NCBI GenBank assembly: GCA_964057225.1
Contig: OZ059897.1
Coordinates: 21,080,001 to 21,144,000, forward strand
Length of the DNA: 64,000 nt
Source: Auanema rhodensis
Taxonomy: Eukaryota; Animalia; Nematoda
Direction of reading: 5' to 3'
The notes under the pieces: generated by a model
What the model was told of the DNA's origin: nothing
Database searches by the model: none
The model's input: the letters and a program-made list of their open reading frames with translations, nothing else
Part shown: positions 53,501-64,000 of the stretch, in pieces
Numbering within the stretch: position 1 is the stretch's first letter
How the letters are laid out: the number at the start of each line of letters is the position of its first letter
Made by a program: the position numbers and the translations under genes

Positions 53501-56165
53501 ATTCCTTTTTTCAAGGCAAAGACGATGGACAATGTTATTTAACGAAAAAATTAATTCTTCAGGGTGAAAATCGAGGATATAAGTGTAAACTTATATCAGT
53601 TGATATCTCGGTGCATTTTTAAGCTAGCGCAAATCTGATAACACAGATCGACGCAGCTTAAAAATCCGCATCGAATGCACTATACTACATTGAGAAACGC
53701 TTAATACAAAAATTAGTTATGATCGTTTGAAAAATGATGCATTAGTGTATGTTGAGTTTCCATGTACACTCAACATTGCTTCCAAAAACATTTTGACAAA
53801 AATTTTTTCGAAAAATTTCAAAATAATTTAGCAAAAAGTAGATGTTTTTAGATTCCTTTTTTCAAAGCAAAGACGATGGACAATGTTATTCAACGAAAAA
53901 ATTAATTCTTCAGGGTGAAAATCGAGGATATAAGTGTGAACTTATATCAGTTGATATCTCGGTGCATTTTTAAGCTAGCGCAAATCTGATAACACAGATC
54001 GACGCAGCTTAAAAATCCGCATCGAATGCACTATACTACATTGAGAAACGCTTAATACAAAAATTAGTTATGATCGTTTGAAAAATGATGCATTAGTGTA
54101 TGTTGAGTTTCCATGTACACTCAACATTGCTTCCAAAAACATTTTGACAAAAATTTTTTCGAAAAATTTCAAAATAATTTAGCAAAAAGTAGATGTTTTT
54201 AGATTCCTTTTTTCAAAGCAAAGACGATGGACAATGTTATTCAACGAAAAAATTAATTCTTCAGGGTGAAAATCGAGGATATAAGTGTGAACTTATATCA
54301 GTTGATATCTCGGTGCATTTTTAAGCTAGCGCAAATCTGATAACACAGATCGACGCAGCTTAAAAATCCGCATCGAATGCACTAAACTACATTAAAAAAC
54401 GCTTAATACAAAAATTAGTTATGATCGTTTGAAAAATGATGCATTAGTGTATGTTGAGTTTTCATGTACACTCAACATTGCTTCCAAAAACATTTTGACA
54501 AAAATTTTTTCGAAAAATTTCAAAATAATTTAGCAAAAAGTAGATGTTTTTAGATTCCTTTTTTCAAAGCAAAGACGATGGACAATGTTATTCAACGAAA
54601 AAATCATATCTTCAGGGTGAAAATCGAGGATATAAGTGTGAACTTATATCAGTTGATATCTCGGTGCATTTTTAAGCTAGCGCAAATCTGATAACACAGA
54701 TCGACGCAGCTTAAAAATCCGCATCGAATGCACTATACTACATTGAGAAACGCTTAATACAAAAATTAGTTATGATCGTTTGAAAAATGATGCATTAGTG
54801 TATGTTGAGTTTCCATGTACACTCAACATTGCTTCCAAAAACATTTTGACAAAAATTTTTTTCGAAAAATTTCAAGATAATTTAGCAAAAAGTAGATGTT
54901 TTTAGATTCCTTTTTTCAAGGCAAAGACGATGGACAATGTTATTTAACGAAAAAATTAATTCTTCAGGGTGAAAATCGAGGATATAAGTGTAAACTTATA
55001 TCAGTTGATATCTCGGTGCATTTTTAAGCTAGCGCAAATCTGATAACACAGATCGACGCAGCTTAAAAATCCGCATCGAATGCACTATACTACATTGAGA
55101 AACGCTTAATACAAAAATTAGTTATGATCGTTTGAAAAATGATGCATTAGTGTATGTTGAGTTTCCATGTACACTCAACATTGCTTCCAAAAACATTTTG
55201 ACAAAAATTTTTTCGAAAAATTTCAAAATAATTTAGCAAAAAGTAGATGTTTTTAGATTCCTTTTTTCAAAGCAAAGACGATGGACAATGTTATTCAACG
55301 AAAAAATTAATTCTTCAGGGTGAAAATCGAGGATATAAGTGTGAACTTATATCAGTTGATATCTCGGTGCATTTTTAAGCTAGCGTAAATCTGATAACAC
55401 AAATCGACGCAGCTTAAAAATCCGCATCGAATGCACTATACTACATTGAGAAAAGCTTAATACAAAAATTAGTTATGATCGTTTGAAAAATGATGCATTA
55501 GTGTATGTTGAGTTTCCATGTACACTCAACATTGCTTCCAAAAACATTTTGACAAAAATTGTTTCGAAAAATTTCAAAATAATTTAGCAAAAAGTAGATG
55601 TTTTTAGATTCCTTTTTTCAAGGCAAAGACGATGGACAATGTTATTTAACGAAAAAATTAATTCTTCAGGGTGAAAATCGAGGATATAAGTGTGAACTTA
55701 TATCAGTTGATATCTCGGTGCATTTTTAAGCTAGCGCAAATCTGATAACACAGATCGACGCAGCTTAAAAATCCGCATCGAATGCACTATACTACATTAA
55801 AAAACGCTTAATACAAAAATTAGTTATGATCGTTTGAAAAATGATGCATTAGTGTATGTTGAGTTTCCATGTACACTCAACATTGCTTCCAAAAACATTT
55901 TGACAAAAATTTTTTCGAAAAATTTCAAAATAATTTAGCAAAAAGTAGATGTTTTTAGATTCCTTTTTTCAAAGCAAAGACGATGGACAATGTTATTCAA
56001 CGAAAAAATTAATTCTTCAGGGTGAAAATCGAGGATATAAGTGTGAACTTATATCAGTTGATATCTCGGTGCATTTTTAAGCTAGCGTAAATCTGATAAC
56101 ACAAATCGACGCAGCTTAAAAATCCGCATCGAATGCACTATACTACATTGAGAAAAGCTTAATAC
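50548..56165. repeat. 8-monomer (2809-bp) tandem duplication: 50548-53356 and 53357-56165
   Basis: The private variant CACTAAAC occurs at 51576 and 54385, and the T7 tract at 52047 and 54856 (both 2809 apart). All eight monomer types appear in the same order. Confidence 0.9.
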
Positions 56166-59100
56166 AAAAATTAGTTATGATCGTTTGAAAAATGATGCAT
56201 TAGTGTATGTTGAGTTTCCATGTACACTCAACATTGCTTCCAAAAACATTTTGACAAAAATTGTTTCGAAAAATTTCAAAATAATTTAGCAAAAAGTAGA
56301 TGTTTTTAGATTCCTTTTTTCAAGGCAAAGACGATGGACAATGTTATTTAACGAAAAAATTAATTCTTCAGGGTGAAAATCGAGGATATAAGTGTAAACT
56401 TATATCAGTTGATATCTCGGTGCATTTTTAAGCTAGCGCAAATCTGATAACACAGATCGACGCAGCTTAAAAATCCGCATCGAATGCACTATACTACATT
56501 AAAAAACGCTTAATACAAAAATTAGTTATGATCGTTTGAAAAATGATGCATTAGTGTATGTTGAGTTTTCATGTACACTCAACATTGCTTCCAAAAACAT
56601 TTTGACAAAAATTTTTTCGAAAAATTTCAAAATAATTTAGCAAAAAGTTGATGTTTTTAGATTCCTTTTTTCAAAGCAAAGACGATGGACAATGTTATTC
56701 AACGAAAAAATCATATCTTCAGGGTGAAAATCGAGGATATAAGTGTGAACTTATATCAGTTGATATCTCGGTGCATTTTTAAGCTAGCGCAAATCTGATA
56801 ACACAGATCGACGCAGCTTAAAAATCCGCATCGAATGCACTATACTACATTGAGAAACGCTTAATACAAAAATTAGTTATGATCGTTTGAAAAATGATGC
56901 ATTAGTGTATGTTGAGTTTCCATGTACACTCAACATTGCTTCCAAAAACATTTTGACAAAAATTTTTTTCGAAAAATTTCAAGATAATTTAGCAAAAAGT
57001 AGATGTTTTTAGATTCCTTTTTTCAAGGCAAAGACGATGGACAATGTTATTTAACGAAAAAATTAATTCTTCAGGGTGAAAATCGAGGATATAAGTGTAA
57101 ACTTATATCAGTTGATATCTCGGTGCATTTTTAAGCTAGCGCAAATCTGATAACACAGATCGACGCAGCTTAAAAATCCGCATCGAATGCACTATACTAC
57201 ATTGAGAAACGCTTAATACAAAAATTAGTTATGATCGTTCGAAAAATGATGCATTAGTGTATGTTGAGTTTCCATGTACACTCAACATTGCTTCCAAAAA
57301 CATTTTGACAAAAATTTTTTCGAAAAATTTCAAAATAATTTAGCAAAAAGTAGATGTCTTTAGATTCCTTTTTTCAAGGCAAAGACGATGGACAATGTTA
57401 TTCAACGAAAAAATTAATTCTTCAGGGTGAAAATCGAGGATATAAGTGTAAACTTATATCAGTTGATATCTCGGTGCATTTTTAAGCTAGCGCAAATCTG
57501 ATAACACAGATCGACGCAGCTTAAAAATCCGCATCGAATGCACTATACTACATTGAGAAACGCTTAATACAAAAATTAGTTATGATCGTTTGAAAAATGA
57601 TGCATTAGTGTATGTTGAGTTTCCATGTACACTCAACATTGCTTCCAAAAACATTTTGACAAAAATTTTTTCGAAAAATTTCAAAATAATTTAGCAAAAA
57701 GTAGATGTTTTTAGATTCCTTTTTTCAAAGCAAAGACGATGGACAATGTTATTCAACGAAAAAATTAATTCTTCAGGGTGAAAATCGAGGATATAAGTGT
57801 GAACTTATATCAGTTGATATCTCGGTGCATTTTTAAGCTAGCGCAAATCTGATAACACAGATCGACGCAGCTTAAAAATCCGCATCGAATGCACTATACT
57901 ACATTAAAAAACGCTTAATACAAAAATTAGTTATGATCGTTTGAAAAATGATGCATTAGTGTATGTTGAGTTTTCATGTACACTCAACATTGCTTCCAAA
58001 AACATTTTGACAAAAATTTTTTCGAAAATTTTCAAAATAATTTAGCAAAAAGTAGATGTTTTTAGATTCCTTTTTTCAAAGCAAAGACGATGGACAATGT
58101 TATTCAACGAAAAAATCATATCTTCAGGGTGAAAATCGAGGATATAAGTGTGAACTTATATCAGTTGATATCTCGGTGCATTTTTAAGCTAGCGCAAATC
58201 TGATAACACAGATCGACGCAGCTTAAAAATCCGCATCGAATGCACTATACTACATTGAGAAACGCTTAATACAAAAATTAGTTATGATCGTTTGAAAAAT
58301 GATGCATTAGTGTATGTTGAGTTTCCATGTACACTCAACATTGCTTCCAAAAACATTTTGACAAAAATTTTTTTCGAAAAATTTCAAGATAATTTAGCAA
58401 AAAGTAGATGTTTTTAGATTCCTTTTTTCAAGGCAAAGACGATGGACAATGTTATTTAACGAAAAAATTAATTCTTCAGGGTGAAAATCGAGGATATAAG
58501 TGTAAACTTATATCAGTTGATATCTCGGTGCATTTTTAAGCTAGCGCAAATCTGATAAAACAGATCGACGCAGCTTAAAAATCCGCATCGAATGCACTAT
58601 ACTACATTGAGAAACGCTTAATACAAAAATTAGTTATGATCGTTTGAAAAATGATGCATTAGTGTATGTTGAGTTTCCATGTACACTCAACATTGCTTCC
58701 AAAAACATTTTGACAAAAATTTTTTCGAAAAATTTCAAAATAATTTAGCAAAAAGTAGATGTTTTTAGATTCCTTTTTTCAAAGCAAAGACGATGGACAA
58801 TGTTATTCAACGAAAAAATTAATTCTTCAGGGTGAAAATCGAGGATATAAGTGTGAACTTATATCAGTTGATATCTCGGTGCATTTTTAAGCTAGCGTAA
58901 ATCTGATAACACAAATCGACGCAGCTTAAAAATCCGCATCGAATGCACTATACTACATTGAGAAAAGCTTAATACAAAAATTAGTTATGATCGTTTGAAA
59001 AATGATGCATTAGTGTATGTTGAGTTTCCATGTACACTCAACATTGCTTCCAAAAACATTTTGACAAAAATTGTTTCGAAAAATTTCAAAATAATTTAGC

Positions 59101-62100
59101 AAAAAGTAGATGTTTTTAGATTCCTTTTTTCAAGGCAAAGACGATGGACAATGTTATTTAACGAAAAAATTAATTCTTCAGGGTGAAAATCGAGGATATA
59201 AGTGTGAACTTATATCAGTTGATATCTCGGTGCATTTTTAAGCTAGCGCAAATCTGATAACACAAATCGACGCAGCTTAAAAATCCGCATCGAATGCACT
59301 ATACTACATTGAAAAAAGCTTAATACAAAAATTAGTTATGATCGTTTGAAAAATGATGCATTAGTGTATGTTGAGTTTCCATGTACACTCAACATTGCTT
59401 CCAAAAACATTTTGACAAAAATTGTTTCGAAAAATTTCAAAATAATTTAGCAAAAAGTAGATGTTTTTAGATTCCTTTTTTCAAGGCAAAGACGATGGAC
59501 AATGTTATTTAACGAAAAAATTAATTCTTCAGGGTGAAAATCGAGGATATAAGTGTGAACTTATATCAGTTGATATCTCGGTGCATTTTTAAGCTAGCGC
59601 AAATCTGATAACACAGATCGACGCAGCTTAAAAATCCGCATCGAATGCACTATACTACATTAAAAAACGCTTAATACAAAAATTAGTTATGATCGTTTGA
59701 AAAATGATGCATTAGTGTATGTTGAGTTTCCATGTACACTCAACATTGCTTCCAAAAACATTTTGACAAAAATTTTTTCGAAAAATTTCAAAATAATTTA
59801 GCAAAAAGTAGATGTTTTTAGATTCCTTTTTTCAAAGCAAAGACGATGGACAATGTTATTCAACAAAAAAATTAATTCTTCAGGGTGAAAATCGAGGATA
59901 TAAGTGTGAACTTATATCAGTTGATATCTCGGTGCATTTTTAAGCTAGCGTAAATCTGATAACACAAATCGACGCAGCTTAAAAATCCGCATCGAATGCA
60001 CTATACTACATTGAGAAAAGCTTAATACAAAAATTAGTTATGATCGTTTGAAAAATGATGCATTAGTGTATGTTGAGTTTCCATGTACACTCAACATTGC
60101 TTCCAAAAACATTTTGACAAAAATTGTTTCGAAAAATTTCAAAATAATTTAGCAAAAAGTAGATGTTTTTAGATTCCTTTTTTCAAGGCAAAGACGATGG
60201 ACAATGTTATTTAACGAAAAAGTTAATTCTTCAGGGTGAAAATCGAGGATATAAGTGTAAACTTATATCAGTTGATATCTCGGTGCATTTTTAAGCTAGC
60301 GCAAATCTGATAACACAGATCGACGCAGCTTAAAAATCCGCATCGAATGCACTATACTACATTGAGAAACGCTTAATACAAAAATTAGTTATGATCGTTT
60401 GAAAAATGATGCATTAGTGTATGTTGAGTTTCCATGTACACTCAACATTGCTTCCAAAAACATTTTGACAAAAATTTTTTCGAAAAATTTCAAAATAATT
60501 TAGCAAAAAGTAGATGTTTTTAGATTCCTTTTTTCAAAGCAAAGACGATGGACAATGTTATTCAACGAAAAAATTAATTCTTCAGGGTGAAAATCGAGGA
60601 TATAAGTGTGAACTTATATCAGTTGATATCAAGGTGCATTTTTAAGCTAGCGCAAATCTGATAACACAGATCGACGCAGCTTAAAAATCCGCATCGAATG
60701 CACTATACTACATTAAAAAACGCTTAATACAAAAATTAGTTATGATCGTTTGAAAAATGATGCATTAGTGTATGTTGAGTTTTCATGTACACTCAACATT
60801 GCTTCCAAAAACATTTTGACAAAAATTTTTTCGAAAAATTTCAAAATAATTTAGCAAAAAGTAGATGTTTTTAGATTCCTTTTTTCAAAGCAAAGACGAT
60901 GGACAATGTTATTCAACGAAAAAATCATATCTTCAGGGTGAAAATCGAGGATATAAGTGTGAACTTATATCAGTTGATATCTCGGTGCATTTTTAAGCTA
61001 GCGCAAATCTGATAACACAGATCGACGCAGCTTAAAAATCCGCATCGAATGCACTATACTACATTGAGAAACGCTTAATACAAAAATTAGTTATGATCGT
61101 TTGAAAAATGATGCATTAGTGTATGTTGAGTTTCCATGTACACTCAACATTGCTTCCAAAAACATTTTGACAAAAATTTTTTTCGAAAAATTTCAAGATA
61201 ATTTAGCAAAAAGTAGATGTTTTTAGATTCCTTTTTTCAAGGCAAAGACGATGGACAATGTTATTTAACGAAAAAATTAATTCTTCAGGGTGAAAATCGA
61301 GGATATAAGTGTAAACTTATATCAGTTGATATCTCGGTGCATTTTTAAGCTAGCGCAAATCTGATAACACAGATCGACGCAGCTTAAAAATCCGCATCGA
61401 ATGCACTATACTACATTGAGAAACGCTTAATACAAAAATTAGTTATGATCGTTTGAAAAATGATGCATTAGTGTATGTTGAGTTTCCATGTACACTCAAC
61501 ATTGCTTCCAAAAACATTTTGACAAAAATTTTTTTCGAAAAATTTCAAGATAATTTAGCAAAAAGTAGATGTTTTTAGATTCCTTTTTTCAAGGCAAAGA
61601 CGATGGACAATGTTATTTAACGAAAAAATTAATTCTTCAGGGTGAAAATCGAGGATATAAGTGTAAACTTATATCAGTTGATATCTCGGTGCATTTTTAA
61701 GCTAGCGCAAATCTGATAACACAGATCGACGCAGCTTAAAAATCCGCATCGAATGCACTATACTACATTGAAAAACGCTTAATACAAAAATTAGTTATGA
61801 TCGTTTGAAAAATGATGCATTAGTGTATGTTGAGTTTCCATGTACACTCAACATTGCTTCCAAAAACATTTTGACAAAAATTTTTTCGAAAAATTTCAAA
61901 ATAATTTAGCAAAAAGTAGATGTCTTTAGATTCCTTTTTTCAAGGCAAAGACGATGGACAATGTTATTCAACGAAAAAATTAATTCTTCAGGGTGAAAAT
62001 CGAGGATATAAGTGTAAACTTATATCAGTTGATATCTCGGTGCATTTTTAAGCTAGCGCAAATCTGATAACACAGATCGACGCAGCTTAAAAATCCGCAT

Positions 62101-62136
62101 CGAATGCACTATACTACATTGAGAAACGCTTAATAC

Positions 62137-64000
62137 AAAAATTAGTTATGATCGTTTGAAAAATGATGCATTAGTGTATGTTGAGTTTCCATGTACACTC
62201 AACATTGCTTCCAAAAACATTTTGACAAAAATTTTTTCGAAAAATTTCAAAATAATTTAGCAAAAAGTAGATGTTTTTAGATTCCTTTTTTCAAAGCAAA
62301 GACGATGGACAATGTTATTCAACGAAAAAATTAATTCTTCAGGGTGAAAATCGAGGATATAAGTGTGAACTTATATCAGTTGATATCTCGGTGCATTTTT
62401 AAGCTAGCGCAAATCTGATAACACAGATCGACGCAGCTTAAAAATCCGCATCGAATGCATTATACTACATTAAAAAACGCTTAATACAAAAATTAGTTAT
62501 GATCGTTTGAAAAATGATGCATTAGTGTATGTTGAGTTTCCATGTACACTCAACATTGCTTCCAAAAACATTTTGACAAAAATTTTTTCGAAAAATTTCA
62601 AAATAATTTAGCAAAAAGTAGATGTTTTTAGATTCCTTTTTTCAAAGCAAAGACGATGGACAATGTTATTCAACGAAAAAATTAATTCTTCAGGGTGAAA
62701 ATCGAGGATATAAGTGTGAACTTATATCAGTTGATATCTCGGTGCATTTTTAAGCTAGCGCAAATCTGATAACACAGATCGACGCAGCTTAAAAATCCGC
62801 ATCGAATGCACTATACTACATTGAGAAAAGCTTAATACAAAAATTAGTTATGATCGTTTGAAAAATGATGCATTAGTGTATGTTGAGTTTCCATGTACAC
62901 TCAACATTGCTTCCAAAAACATTTTGACAAAAATTGTTTCGAAAAATTTCAAAATAATTTAGCAAAAACTAGATGTTTTTAGATTCCTTTTTTCAAGGCA
63001 AAGACGATGGACAATGTTATTTAACGAAAAAATTAATTCTTCAGGGTGAAAATCGAGGATATAAGTGTAAACTTATATCAGTTGATATCTCGGTGCATTT
63101 TTAAGCTAGCGCAAATCTGATAACACAGATCGACGCAGCTTAAAAATCCGCATCGAATGCACTATACTACATTGAGAAACGCTTAATACAAAAATTAGTT
63201 ATGATCGTTTGAAAAATGATGCATTAGTGTATGTTGAGTTTCCATGTACACTCAACATTGCTTCCAAAAACATTTTGACAAAAATTTTTTCGAAAAATTT
63301 CAAAATAATTTAGCAAAAAGTAGATGTTTTTAGATTCCTTTTTTCAAAGCAAAGACGATGGACAATGTTATTCAACGAAAAAATTAATTCTTCAGGGTGA
63401 AAATCGAGGATATAAGTGTGAACTTATATCAGTTGATATCTCGGTGCATTTTTAAGCTAGCGCAAATCTGATAACACAGATCGACGCAGCTTAAAAATCC
63501 GCATCGAATGCATTATACTACATTAAAAAACGCTTAATACAAAAATTAGTTATGATCGTTTGAAAAATGATGCATTAGTGTATGTTGAGTTTCCATGTAC
63601 ACTCAACATTGCTTCCAAAAACATTTTGACAAAAATTTTTTCGAAAAATTTCAAAATAATTTAGCAAAAAGTAGATGTTTTTAGATTCCTTTTTTCAAAG
63701 CAAAGACGATGGACAATGTTATTCAACGAAAAAATTAATTCTTCAGGGTGAAAATCGAGGATATAAGTGTGAACTTATATCAGTTGATATCTCGGTGCAT
63801 TTTTAAGCTAGCGCAAATCTGATAACACAGATCGACGCAGCTTGAAAATCCGCATCGAATGCACTATACTACATTGAGAAAAGCTTAATACAAAAATTAG
63901 TTATGATCGTTTGAAAAATGATGCATTAGTGTATGTTGAGTTTCCATGTACACTCAACATTGCTTCCAAAAACATTTTGACAAAAATTGTTTCGAAAAAT
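62137..64000. repeat. 3-monomer (1053-bp) tandem duplication, second copy truncated by the window end
   Basis: The private variant GCATTATAC occurs at 62460 and 63513 (1053 apart), and the following monomer types match. Confidence 0.8.

Larger units (their letters stand above)
1..64000. repeat. Tandem satellite DNA array, 351-bp monomer, 182 full copies plus a 109-bp partial copy, head-to-tail, extends beyond both window edges
   Basis: AAAAATTAGTTATGATCG recurs at 1, 352, 703, 1054 and onward with period 351. The last copy starts at 63892, matching 182 periods plus a net +9 from the observed indels. No interruption or strand switch seen. Confidence 0.99.
19306..64000. repeat. Subfamily domain B of the satellite
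   Basis: Alleles CAAAGC, ATTTAAC, GTGTAAAC, AATTGTTTCG, GCGTAAA...CACAAATCG, TTAAAAAACG, TCATATC, CAAGAT and the T7 tract first appear from about 19.3 kb onward and were not seen upstream. Confidence 0.85.

Noticed and set aside
1-64000. Giant repetitive ORF, since the period 351 is a multiple of 3 (117 codons)
   Set aside because: All six frames contain stops within each monomer (+ strand: TAG at 7, TAG at 122, TGA at 21; TTA occurs in all three + frames, giving minus-strand TAA). The 1-bp indels also break frame.
1-64000. CRISPR array or repeat-spacer system
   Set aside because: No unique spacers: the whole 351 bp repeats, the variable segment differs only by point substitutions, and there are no cas genes.
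19306-64000. A single regular higher-order repeat across domain B
   Set aside because: Marker spacings vary (1, 2, 3, 4, 5, 6, 8, 16 and 17 monomers), so only local duplications are supported.

Overview
The whole 64 kb window is one uninterrupted head-to-tail tandem array (satellite DNA) of a 351-bp AT-rich monomer (about 31% GC by hand count of copy 1). It holds 182 complete copies plus a 109-bp partial copy, all in one orientation, and both window edges fall inside the array. I found no genes, RNA genes, CRISPR spacers, inserted mobile elements or unique sequence; all six reading frames are closed by stop codons in the monomer. Copies differ from each other by only a handful of substitutions. 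The register count closes exactly with ten +1 T insertions and one -1 T deletion (copy 183 starts at 63892 = 1 + 182x351 + 9). The interesting content is at two levels. (i) The monomer is built almost entirely of nested inverted repeats, including a perfect 9-bp stem with a GNRA-type loop whose common polymorphism keeps GNRA, and most variation falls in unpaired segments. (ii) Diagnostic variants split the array into two subfamily domains with a junction near 19 kb, plus 2-, 3-, 5-, 8- and 9-monomer duplications, a cassette apparently moved between domains, and a roughly 21-kb-spaced re-run of monomer order. The lack of CpG depletion suggests a eukaryote with little CpG methylation (for example an insect or nematode), but I cannot name the organism or satellite family. 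I see no support for a novel protein-coding system here.
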